Shown one piece after another: positions 18,627 through 27,389 of a stretch of DNA of 29,477 nt. Numbering within the stretch: position 1 is the first letter of the stretch; each line of letters opens with the position of its first letter. The translations under genes and the position numbers were made by a program. The stretch comes from Alteromonas naphthalenivorans (GTDB taxonomy: Bacteria; Babelota; Babeliae; Babelales; CAIQNR01): the NCBI GenBank assembly GCA_047631715.1, contig JBLICC010000004.1, positions 1 through 29,477 of the forward strand. Direction: 5' to 3'. The notes beneath the pieces are model-generated. The model saw nothing but the letters and a program-made list of their open reading frames with translations, did no database searches and was not told the origin of the DNA.

Positions 18627-20032
18627 ACTACTCCTATGTTTAAACAGAATATATATAAAAAATACCCTGCCAATAATGGATAAATAAAATAAAATGGTGT
18701 TAAGTATCGATGCTCAGCATGAGAAATAATAGCAGGAGCAATCCCTCCAGCTGTTAACGATATCAGCAAACCCAATAAGAAAAATTTTTGCTCATATATT
18801 AAACATAATGCCCCAAAATAACCCAATATCATAAAAACCCGAACAAACCATCGTCTAAATAAAAACTCTAATAAATTGTAAAATCCAAAAGAATATGCTG
18901 CATTTAGACGATCAGAATATTTTGAGAAAGAATTATAATACTTCCAGTTCCACCCATAAGTAGTACTCCAAGTTAAATCTAGAAGTAAAACTTTTTTGAT
19001 ACGCCATAAAAATCCTTTAACCCAAAATATCGGGTCCTGACAAAACCATTCCCAAAAGGCCTCACCCATTTTATCGTCCATTGCAGAAGTGCCGACTTTT
19101 GTTTTTGTCGTATCAAGATTAAAGCGTTTTACGGTATATTGAGTAACACACCCATCACAATACAAGCCATTATTGGTGTCAGGACAATCTGGATTAATTT
19201 TATTAGGGCCAGTCCACCCCATGCTATCAAGCAACTGTTGGCCACTTGGAGCCGCAAAATAACGTCCATGCACTTGTTTATTAAAAAGTGTCCAAGGAGC
19301 CCAAAATCCTATTCCATTAGTTACTGCAAGAATAGATCCCAATAAACATATATTTAAAAACTTTTCTCGTTTATAAAAATACGAATATCCCATAATAAAA
19401 CAAAATCCTAAAACTAAAGATCCAAAAATAGTAGGCCGCATCCATTGACACAAAGCAATAAATAGTCCACCTGTAGTCATTTGTTTAATCGAAAGCTCTT
19501 TATAATAAGCATAAGAAAATAAATAAAATAAAACCGCTGCGCCATAGAAACAATAGATATCTCGAATAGGATTAACATTTAAAAACAAAAGTGGAAAAAA
19601 CAATGGCACTAAACATGCAGCCCATAATGCTTTTTGTGAGTCTAATAAAGCAGCAAAAAGACCCCAATAAAGCAGTAAGCAAGAGAAAACAAACAATAAC
19701 ATTTGTACAATCTGCATGTCATAATATTTTAAAGATCCTGTCACCTTCCAAGCCAAGCCCATTAACCATCCATAACCAGGATGTTCAAAAATAGGAATTT
19801 TAGATGAAGCAACATTTTCCTGATTAATTATCACTCCATCTTTATAATAAACACCAGCTTTATAATGTGAAAATGAATTATATTGATATACAGAATAAGC
19901 AAGAGCCGTTGGTGTTTCGGGATAATAAGAACCATTATTTTTTATATAACCATGAAAAGAAATAAAAAAGGAAAGACACATAAAAAAAGATACTAATATT
20001 ATTTTAACTTCATGAGAATTGCTAGCTATCAC
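18578..20032 (-). CDS. Multi-pass membrane protein, paralog family B copy 3 (divergent; putative GT-C-like)
   Basis: 484 aa, GTG start with AAGGGG upstream. Motifs EHPGYG, PIRDIY.FYG, CQWMRP, FWAPW..FN, CDGC and HAEHRYLTP. Confidence 0.6.
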   Translation of the reverse strand: MIASNSHEVKIILVSFFMCLSFFISFHGYIKNNGSYYPETPTALAYSVYQYNSFSHYKAGVYYKDGVIINQENVASSKIPIFEHPGYGWLMGLAWKVTGSLKYYDMQIVQMLLFVFSCLLLYWGLFAALLDSQKALWAACLVPLFFPLLFLNVNPIRDIYCFYGAAVLFYLFSYAYYKELSIKQMTTGGLFIALCQWMRPTIFGSLVLGFCFIMGYSYFYKREKFLNICLLGSILAVTNGIGFWAPWTLFNKQVHGRYFAAPSGQQLLDSMGWTGPNKINPDCPDTNNGLYCDGCVTQYTVKRFNLDTTKTKVGTSAMDDKMGEAFWEWFCQDPIFWVKGFLWRIKKVLLLDLTWSTTYGWNWKYYNSFSKYSDRLNAAYSFGFYNLLEFLFRRWFVRVFMILGYFGALCLIYEQKFFLLGLLISLTAGGIAPAIISHAEHRYLTPFYFIYPLLAGYFLYIFCLNIGVVWFRLFSKKRIYMDIL

Positions 20033-20098
20033 TTTAGCCCCTTTTATCTTCTTTTTTCATTCTGCCACATGTAAACACAACTCATATGCTTTGACAAA
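20033..20098 (-). pseudogene. Decayed fragment of a GT4 glycosyltransferase 3' end (paralogous to 21740..23011)
   Basis: The minus strand reads FVKAYELCLHVAE*KKKIKGAK, against FVKACELCLHMSEQERKKLGKN in the GT4. DNA 20061..20099 matches 21840..21878 at 31 of 39 positions without gaps. Confidence 0.75.
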
Positions 20099-20204
20099 TT
20101 ATTACATACTCATAACATAAAAAAATTGTTTTAAACATTCTTGTAGAAAACATCAAAAATGATAACTTTAAATTACGGTACTATTATTTAAAGGCTTTTA
20201 ATCA

Positions 20205-21746
20205 ATGATGAATTTTTTTGGATGCTTATTGTTAGGTATTTACCCTATCGTCTCTTTATGGTCTATAAATTACCAAGAAGTTTACAGCAATGAACTCATG
20301 CTTGAGTTTGGAGCTTTTCTATTAATTACACTTATTGCATGGGTTTCTTTTTATTTTTTATTATCTCAAAAAAAACCTAAAGTAACCTTTTGCACTTTTG
20401 TTTTTCTTTATATGTTTGTTTCTTTTGAGCATTTTTTCGACTCCAAAGGAACTATTTTTATCTTTTTAAATCGCTATTTTTATCTTTCTTACCCATTGCT
20501 TTTACCAATATGGATTAGCATATTTATATTAATTTTTCTTTTAATAAAAAACAGTTCAAAATCCTTAATACACTATAATAATATTTTTTGTTTAATTACT
20601 TTATCTCTTTTTGCTGTTCCTACCTATAAACTTATACATGAACTTAATAAAGGATCTGAAGCTAGTAATATTGTTTTTGAAAAAAAAGAATGTTCTTTAG
20701 GGTATTTACCGAATATTTATCATATCATTCTAGATCGTTATCCTCGTCAAGATACCTTAAAAGAACTTTACAACTATGATAATGCCCCTTTTATTAATTT
20801 TTTAAAAAAAAGGAATTTTTATATAGCAGATCAAAGCTTAAGTAATTATCACAGTACTCTACTTTCTATTCCTTCAACAATCTCAATGGAATACCTCTCT
20901 ATTAAACCAAAAACTGCTCAAAACATTTATCAATCATCGTATTCAGAATATAAACAATTCTGCAAAAGTCCTCTATTCCCATTTTTTAAAGAACAAGGAT
21001 ATAAAATAATTAATGTTTCGAGTCGTTGTGGATTTTCACTTTATAATCATCACGCAGATCTTAATTTAAATATGCCTTATTTCTCTATCTTTTTACCCAC
21101 GCTTATAAACAGAACCTTCATAGGGCCCTTTTTTCGTAATTTAATAAAAAAGCATAAATTTAATATTTTCACAGTCCCATTCATCCATTATCAAGGCGTC
21201 ATTCAACAATTTGAACAACTTAAAAAAATAGCAAAAGAACAACGATCTCAACCACTTTTTGTATTTTGTCATATTCTCTCTCCCCACCCTCCTTATATTT
21301 TTAATGAAAAAGGATTATACGCATTTTTTAATGAAAAAAATACAATTAAATCTCTCCAAATTAAAAAATATACAGATCAAATAGAAGGCGTTAACTTATA
21401 TACTAAGAAAACTATAGAAACAATACTAGATCATTCTAAAAATCCTCCTATTATACTCTTACATAGCGATCATGGAGTTAATTTAATTTTTAAAACAAAA
21501 GATCTTAAAGCAGCGAAAGAATCTTTTGCTATCCTTAATACCTATCATTTACCCGTTATAAAAAACAAAGCGCCCAACCTTTACCCCTCTATAAGCCCCG
21601 TTAACTCTTGGCGAATGATTCTAAACTACTACTTCCAATTAGATTTGCCCTTACTAAAGGATAAATCGCATATAGTCCCGGAACCATTCTCTATTAACTT
21701 TACCCCTACCCAAAGTAATGTTATCAATAAAACTTCGTATCAATAA
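20205..21746 (+). CDS. LTA-synthase/sulfatase-like (alkaline phosphatase superfamily) membrane protein, possible phospho-substituent transferase
   Basis: About five N-terminal TM helices, then PNIYHIILDRY, SNYHST (candidate Thr nucleophile), HILSPHPPY and IILLHSDHG metal-binding motifs. Confidence 0.75.
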   Translation: MMNFFGCLLLGIYPIVSLWSINYQEVYSNELMLEFGAFLLITLIAWVSFYFLLSQKKPKVTFCTFVFLYMFVSFEHFFDSKGTIFIFLNRYFYLSYPLLLPIWISIFILIFLLIKNSSKSLIHYNNIFCLITLSLFAVPTYKLIHELNKGSEASNIVFEKKECSLGYLPNIYHIILDRYPRQDTLKELYNYDNAPFINFLKKRNFYIADQSLSNYHSTLLSIPSTISMEYLSIKPKTAQNIYQSSYSEYKQFCKSPLFPFFKEQGYKIINVSSRCGFSLYNHHADLNLNMPYFSIFLPTLINRTFIGPFFRNLIKKHKFNIFTVPFIHYQGVIQQFEQLKKIAKEQRSQPLFVFCHILSPHPPYIFNEKGLYAFFNEKNTIKSLQIKKYTDQIEGVNLYTKKTIETILDHSKNPPIILLHSDHGVNLIFKTKDLKAAKESFAILNTYHLPVIKNKAPNLYPSISPVNSWRMILNYYFQLDLPLLKDKSHIVPEPFSINFTPTQSNVINKTSYQ

Positions 21747-23011
21747 ATTTTTTGCAATATACGCTCTACATGCTTTTGCCAGGTATAATTTTTGAGAATT
21801 TTTTCTCGTGCATTTTTTCCTAATTTTTTTCTCTCTTGCTCCGACATATGCAAACACAATTCACACGCTTTTACAAATCCTTGTACATTCAACGGTTCCA
21901 CCAAAATGCCTACCTGATTCTTTACCATAAGACTTATCGTAGAAATATTTTTAGTCACTTTAATCGCAGGCGCCAGTACCTCAGAAAGCTGCTCTAAATC
22001 AGATGCTATAACTGGTTTTGCCATACTCATATATTCAAAAAGCTTTGTTGGAGAACCAAAGAAACGCGTTCCATCTTGATTCGGTGCCGTTGGGCACAAA
22101 TAAGCATCGCATGCTGCAAGATATTCTGGCGCCAAATGCTGATCTATTCTACCTGTTAAAATAACCTGTCCATTATTAATATATTTTTTAACAGCTTGCT
22201 CTAAAGATTCTCGTAAAGACCCATCTCCAATAAGCAAAAATTTTGCTTGTGGATAATTATCGCAAATTTGAGGAATAATTTTTTCTAACATTGGTATACC
22301 ATGCCAATGTCCAAACGTTCCAATAAATCCGAATGCAACACTATTTTCTAAATTATATTTTTGCCGAATTGTCATACGTTCTTTCATCAGTTTTTCCCCA
22401 CTAAACGTTTGCTCTTCTACTCCATTAGGATTAACCAATATTTTTTTACTATCAATGCCTCGATCAACTAAATCATCTTTTAGCGCTTGTGATACTGCTA
22501 CAATTAAAGAAGCATGTTTTAGATTTAAATCTTCTACCCAATAAGATAATTGAGAAAAACCAAACCAACGTTTATACCATGGATCATTTTTAGAGGGCAT
22601 AAACCAATACATTTCTGAGCCATTATATTCTAAGATTAACGATATTTTTTTATATTTACTCAGCAATACCCCTGTAAAATTAAGAATACTGTAGCGTTGA
22701 TATATAAACTCATAATCATACTTTTTAAGATCAGGGAAAATTTGACAGAAAAAGAAAACTGTAGAAAAAAAACACTCTAAACGCCATCTAAGATAATTAA
22801 ATCGCCAACGTAAAAAAATAAAAATAGGCCATACTTGTAATTCTTTAAAAATTATATCTTTTTGTTGTTTAAATATTGATTGCATAACGGAAGAATAAAT
22901 AATGACTTTACTATACTTTTTCAATTTACCAATCACACCTATAGAATGCCCAATAGAACCACCACTTAAAATATTATTTTTACAAATATCAGTGCGCAAA
23001 TAAAGTATCAT
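21740..23011 (-). CDS. GT4 family (GT-B) glycosyltransferase
   Basis: GGSIGH, IYQRY, ILEYNG, VAVSQALK, VNPNGV, GFIGTF..WHG, IGDG, GSPTKLFEYMSMAKPVIAS and a YTW tail. Confidence 0.92.
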   Translation of the reverse strand: MILYLRTDICKNNILSGGSIGHSIGVIGKLKKYSKVIIYSSVMQSIFKQQKDIIFKELQVWPIFIFLRWRFNYLRWRLECFFSTVFFFCQIFPDLKKYDYEFIYQRYSILNFTGVLLSKYKKISLILEYNGSEMYWFMPSKNDPWYKRWFGFSQLSYWVEDLNLKHASLIVAVSQALKDDLVDRGIDSKKILVNPNGVEEQTFSGEKLMKERMTIRQKYNLENSVAFGFIGTFGHWHGIPMLEKIIPQICDNYPQAKFLLIGDGSLRESLEQAVKKYINNGQVILTGRIDQHLAPEYLAACDAYLCPTAPNQDGTRFFGSPTKLFEYMSMAKPVIASDLEQLSEVLAPAIKVTKNISTISLMVKNQVGILVEPLNVQGFVKACELCLHMSEQERKKLGKNAREKILKNYTWQKHVERILQKIY

Positions 23012-23028
23012 AATTTTTTATTAAATTT

Positions 23029-23922
23029 TTAAGGCTTTATTATTAATCCCTGGCCCGTAGGAAGTGTTAAAATTTTAATATTTTTTCTTAATGCAAATGC
23101 ATCCCAAGCCTCTCTTTGATGAATAAATTTATACCATCCATAATCATCTAAAACAATAAAAGCTCCCTTAACGAGTTTGTTCCAAAAAAACTCTCCTGCT
23201 TCTATTTCTGGTTTTGCACAATTCATATCTATATGCAGAAAAGCTATTTTTTTTGATGGAACTTGCGAAAGAGTATCAGGTATAGGACCACGAATAAGTT
23301 TTACATTAGAAAAGTCTTTAAATGTTTCACATGCTTCATGATAACAGTCTTCATACTCAGAACCAGAAATCCCCATATCTCGCTCTTTTTGGGTAATAGA
23401 TCCTTCTGGAAAACCAGAAAAAGTGTCCAATAAATAAAAGTTTTTAGATAAAATTTTAAAATCTGTATAATGCACAACAGCACGAGAAACTGCTCCCCGT
23501 GCGACACCGCATTCTATAAAATCACCTTCAAGTTGCTTTGCTTGATGCGCAACCCAACATAATGTATGAATTCTCCACATAACCTTATTAACAATACCAG
23601 CTCTTGTCGTAAAAGAACCGGTTTCTTCAGCAAGTTTATAAGCCTCTGCAAATCTTGGTTCATACATCCAATCAACACTGTGATTTGTCATTAAACCATC
23701 TGTACAATAAGTTATTTCATCGCTAAAAACGAAATTCCTTACTTCAGGAAGTATAAATTTATCAACTTTTCCTAAGCAATATTGAGTAACCATTATATTG
23801 AATTTTTGTAATTTAGAAGGACCAGGAGAAGGTTTAAAATACCGTAAAAATTTAAGAATCCCTTTTATTGTTTTTATCACAAAAAAAGGCGCTTTTTCTT
23901 TAACAACACTTCTAATATACAT
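23029..23922 (-). CDS. TylF/MycF/NovP-family sugar O-methyltransferase
   Basis: GDFIECGVARG, LLDTFSG, G.IPDTL, FLHIDMN and GAFIVLDDYG. AGGAG RBS. Confidence 0.88.
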   Translation of the reverse strand: MYIRSVVKEKAPFFVIKTIKGILKFLRYFKPSPGPSKLQKFNIMVTQYCLGKVDKFILPEVRNFVFSDEITYCTDGLMTNHSVDWMYEPRFAEAYKLAEETGSFTTRAGIVNKVMWRIHTLCWVAHQAKQLEGDFIECGVARGAVSRAVVHYTDFKILSKNFYLLDTFSGFPEGSITQKERDMGISGSEYEDCYHEACETFKDFSNVKLIRGPIPDTLSQVPSKKIAFLHIDMNCAKPEIEAGEFFWNKLVKGAFIVLDDYGWYKFIHQREAWDAFALRKNIKILTLPTGQGLIIKP

Positions 23923-23970
23923 CTACTATCTCCTAACTATAGAGAGAATTTTACTTTCTTATTTAAAAAC

Positions 23971-23996
23971 ATATCATAATATTGAGTATATGATAT
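23971..23996. promoter_or_regulatory. Inverted repeat ATATCATA-N10-TATGATAT in a divergent promoter region
   Basis: Perfect 8-bp arms at 23971-23978 and 23989-23996, between the divergent TylF-like and rfbC-like genes. Each arm gives a -10-like TATGAT on opposite strands. Confidence 0.35.
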
Positions 23997-24027
23997 TTAT
24001 CAATTATGAAGCATTAGGAAAATTTAA

Positions 24028-24597
24028 ATGTTTTTCAAAAAAACATCTATTCAAGGAGCTTATACTATTATCTTAGATCCAAAAGAAGATTCAAGAGGAT
24101 TATTTGCTCGTACATTTTGCTCTAAAGAATTTGAAAAAACAAAAATAACAAGTAATTTTGTTCAATGTAATATTTCAGAAAACAAGAATAAAGGCACTAT
24201 ACGAGGCCTACATCTTCAAAAAGATCCCTATGCCGAAGATAAATTAGTTCGATGTTTTAGAGGAGTAATTTTTGATGTTTGCGTAGACCTAAGACCCAAT
24301 TCTTCATCTTATTTGCAGTGGTATGGAGAAGAATTATCAGAAGATAATAATAAGGCTCTTTATATTCCTAAAGGATGTGCTCATGGATATCAAACCCTCA
24401 GCGATAACACGTTAATATTCTATCAAACATCACAATTTTATACTCCAACTGCTGAACAAGGTATTATTTGGAATGATTCCACTCTTAATATACAATGGCC
24501 CTTACAAAACAATCTTATTATTTCTAATAAAGATACAAAATCCCTTCCATTTTCTTCTTTAAATTTAAAAAGTTTTTATAGTTCAAAACATGAATAA
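24028..24597 (+). CDS. rfbC: NDP-4-keto-6-deoxyglucose 3(,5)-epimerase (RmlC/RfbC cupin family)
   Basis: DSRGLFAR, VQCNIS, GTIRGLHLQ, KLVRC..G.IFDVCVDLRPNS, LYIPKGCAHGYQTL and GIIWND. Confidence 0.92.
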   Translation: MFFKKTSIQGAYTIILDPKEDSRGLFARTFCSKEFEKTKITSNFVQCNISENKNKGTIRGLHLQKDPYAEDKLVRCFRGVIFDVCVDLRPNSSSYLQWYGEELSEDNNKALYIPKGCAHGYQTLSDNTLIFYQTSQFYTPTAEQGIIWNDSTLNIQWPLQNNLIISNKDTKSLPFSSLNLKSFYSSKHE

Positions 24598-25471
24598 AAA
24601 AATTATAATAACTGGAGCTAACGGATTTATTGGAAGACACCTTATTCCTTTTTTTGAACAAGAATATCAATTGTACGGTTTTTATTTAGAACACAATACT
24701 ACTATAGAAAAATTCCCTTATATTAATTGGATTAAAGTTAACCTTAAAGATTTCATGGCAACTAGTCATGCTATTAAAGAAATATCTCCTGATGGCCTTA
24801 TTCATCTTGCCTGGAATATTCAAGATCCCAATTACCAAACTTCTATAGAAAATTTTGAGTGGGTCGCTGCCAGCTTGAATATCATTAAAGCCTTTGGAGA
24901 AAATAAAGGAAAAAGACTTCTCATTGCAGGATCATGTATAGAATATGATTGGGGGAGAACAAATTTTTCAGAAAAATGCTCCCATTTAAACTGGCAACTA
25001 CCTTATGCTAATGCAAAAAACAGCCTGCACAAAATGACTCAATGCTTATCTTCTTTATATAGTTTTAGTTATGTGTGGACACGGATTTTTTATCTTTATG
25101 GCCCTCATCAGCCCTCTCGATGCCTTATTCCTTCGATTATTAATAATCTTTCTCAAGACAAAAAAATACAATGCAACGATTCTTCACAATTTCTTGATTA
25201 TCTGCATGTTCATGATGTGGCACAAGGAATTTACAAAGCGTTCATAAGCGATCATAACGGGCCTATAAACATTTGTAGTAGTCAAGGAACAAAAGTAAAA
25301 GATATCGCTCTTGCGCTTGCAGAAAAATTAAATAAAAAAACATTAATAACATTAAAGAAGGATCGATCTTTGAAGCATTCGATTATTGGTACTAATACAT
25401 TATTAACTCAACTCAATTGGCAGCAAACATTATCTCTACAAAAAGGTCTTAATCAGCTTATTAATAAATAA
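24590..25471 (+). CDS. NAD(P)-dependent SDR, probable NDP-4-keto-sugar reductase/epimerase
   Basis: ITGANGFIG, IHLAW, AGSCIEY, YANAK (YxxxK), RIFYLYGP and DYLHVHDVA. 8-bp ATGAATAA overlap with rfbC. Confidence 0.85.
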   Translation: MNKKIIITGANGFIGRHLIPFFEQEYQLYGFYLEHNTTIEKFPYINWIKVNLKDFMATSHAIKEISPDGLIHLAWNIQDPNYQTSIENFEWVAASLNIIKAFGENKGKRLLIAGSCIEYDWGRTNFSEKCSHLNWQLPYANAKNSLHKMTQCLSSLYSFSYVWTRIFYLYGPHQPSRCLIPSIINNLSQDKKIQCNDSSQFLDYLHVHDVAQGIYKAFISDHNGPINICSSQGTKVKDIALALAEKLNKKTLITLKKDRSLKHSIIGTNTLLTQLNWQQTLSLQKGLNQLINK

Positions 25472-25498
25472 AACGATATATTAAAAAAGAGAATAATA

Positions 25499-26416
25499 AT
25501 GGAAACTAATGCTATTATCATTTGCACTAAAGACAGAATAAATGACACTATTCAATCAATTCAGTCTGTTAGCAAACAATCATTACCACCCAAAGAAATT
25601 ATTATAATAGATAGTAGTAAGTACCCTCTAAATAAGAATATTGAATTTAAAAAAATATTTAACAAAGAAACCTTTAAATCATCAAACCTTATCTATAAAC
25701 ACACAGCCTCAGGACTCCCCCTACAAAGGAATATCGGTATTGCATCTGCTACATCCGATATTATTCATTTTATAGACGATGATTCTATCTTAGAGAAAAA
25801 TTATCTCGAAGAAATGTCTTTAGCCTTTGAAAAGCACCCTTCCTATATTGGAGGTATGGGATATATAACCAATATAGGAAAGAAATATTATAACTTTGAA
25901 AGACTAATTCGCACGTTATTCTTACTCCAAAAAGATCATGCTTCAGGAAAATTTACTTATTCAGGAATGCCAACTCATCCATATGGCACTACAACATTCA
26001 AAAATGTTGAAATCGTTGGAGGATGTTGCATGTCATTTAGAAAGAAGTATCTTTTAGATAATCTTTTTGATGAAAATCTCACAAAATATGCTTCTATGGA
26101 AGATTGTGATATTGCTAAAAGAATGACACACAAAGGAAAACTTTTTTTTAATCCAAAGGCTCGACAAATTCATAATAATAGCCCTATTGCTCGCGAAGTC
26201 CCCATTGCCTCTAGAGCAATGTACATACGTAATTATCGATACCTATTCTTTAAGAATTTTTATCCTGAAAACAAGGTACGCATAATTGCTCATTGGTGGA
26301 GTATTATTGGACTTTTTGCACTTGCCCTTTATAAAAGAGATAGCACTTCAATAAAAGGCTACCTTAACGGTTTATGGATACCTCTTTTACCCCGCCAACA
26401 ACAAATTGTTGAGTAG
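25499..26416 (+). CDS. GT2 family glycosyltransferase
   Basis: IIICTKDR, IIIIDSS, GLPLQRNIG, FIDDD, GCCMSFR and FDENL..YASMEDCD. Confidence 0.9.
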   Translation: METNAIIICTKDRINDTIQSIQSVSKQSLPPKEIIIIDSSKYPLNKNIEFKKIFNKETFKSSNLIYKHTASGLPLQRNIGIASATSDIIHFIDDDSILEKNYLEEMSLAFEKHPSYIGGMGYITNIGKKYYNFERLIRTLFLLQKDHASGKFTYSGMPTHPYGTTTFKNVEIVGGCCMSFRKKYLLDNLFDENLTKYASMEDCDIAKRMTHKGKLFFNPKARQIHNNSPIAREVPIASRAMYIRNYRYLFFKNFYPENKVRIIAHWWSIIGLFALALYKRDSTSIKGYLNGLWIPLLPRQQQIVE

Positions 26417-27389
26417 TAAAATAATTTACATACCAAGAAATTGTCTCCTGCAACCCTTTTTTAAATCCAAAACGAGGGCTCCATTTAAGGATGTTTTGAG
26501 CTTTTTTACAGGAAAGATGCTGATCTAAAATTTCACCACTAGCACTATTCTGAATAATAGGCATGATGTTATTTTTATTCATCAACAGAGTGACTAACTG
26601 AACAACCTCAAGAACCGTTAAAGGTTTTTCTTCACTTAAGTTAAAAGCCTGCCCCCATATTGTGGAATCATCCATACTTTCTGCTAATTTCATATAACCA
26701 TCTACAATATCTTTAACAAAGATATAGTCTCTAGAAAATAAACCATTAGAACGAATTATAGGTTGTTCATTATTAAAAAGAGCCTTTATAGTTCCAGGAA
26801 TAATACGACTGTAATGAAAGTCCCCTCCACCAAAAATATTACCGCATCGAGTGATACACACAGGAAGATTATATGTTTTATAGTAAGAGTGAGCTATAAG
26901 ATCACTACAACTTTTTGATACATCATAAGGATGCTCTCCTTGCAAAGGTGTATCTTCTGTATAAGGCAAAACTTCTTGATCGCCATAGGCTTTGTCACTC
27001 GAAGCAACAATAATTTTTTTTACCCAAGGAGATAGTCGGCAAGCTTCTAGTAAATTCCAAGTACCTTCTATATTAGAATGAAAAGTAGAAAGAGGAGAAC
27101 GATTAGCATACCCCACAAGCGTTTGAGCTCCTAAATGAAAAACCGTATCCACATCATATTCATTCAAAATTCTTACTAATGATTGATAATCACATAAATC
27201 ACCTTGAATAATTGTTACTTTTTGAGACAGATTTTTTAATGTAAATAAAGACGAAACTTGCGTATCACGCAATAATGCTATTACATGAGCTTTATCTTTA
27301 ATTAATTGCTCGATTAGCCAAGATCCCAAAAGACCTGCCGCTCCTGTAACCAATACATTTTTATTATTCCAAGAAAAATTACTGTTCAT
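26364..27389 (-). CDS. rfbG: CDP-glucose 4,6-dehydratase-like SDR
   Basis: FSWNNKNVLVTGAAGLLGSWL, FHLGAQ, SSDKAYG, PYDVSKSC (YxxxK) and RCGNIFGGGD. It lies directly downstream of rfbF with an ATGA overlap. Confidence 0.8.
   Translation of the reverse strand: MNSNFSWNNKNVLVTGAAGLLGSWLIEQLIKDKAHVIALLRDTQVSSLFTLKNLSQKVTIIQGDLCDYQSLVRILNEYDVDTVFHLGAQTLVGYANRSPLSTFHSNIEGTWNLLEACRLSPWVKKIIVASSDKAYGDQEVLPYTEDTPLQGEHPYDVSKSCSDLIAHSYYKTYNLPVCITRCGNIFGGGDFHYSRIIPGTIKALFNNEQPIIRSNGLFSRDYIFVKDIVDGYMKLAESMDDSTIWGQAFNLSEEKPLTVLEVVQLVTLLMNKNNIMPIIQNSASGEILDQHLSCKKAQNILKWSPRFGFKKGLQETISWYVNYFTTQQFVVGGVKEVSINR

Noticed and set aside
20091..20121. Perfect TTGACA at 20091-20096 as a sigma70 -35 element for the sulfatase-like gene
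   Set aside because: There is no good -10 hexamer at 16-18 bp spacing, and the hexamer is explained by the GT4 relic coding sequence.
10947..21746. Visibly lower GC in the membrane-protein block as evidence of a horizontally acquired island
   Set aside because: It is confounded by Phe/Ile/Leu/Tyr/Lys-rich proteins. I saw no integrase, transposase, tRNA or att-like repeat, and GC was not computed.
11197..23254. A/T homopolymer runs of 8-9 nt (for example near 11197, 14639, 20368, 20804, 23247) as phase-variation sites
   Set aside because: Such runs are expected in AT-rich genes rich in Phe and Lys codons. All reading frames are intact and there are no long G/C tracts.
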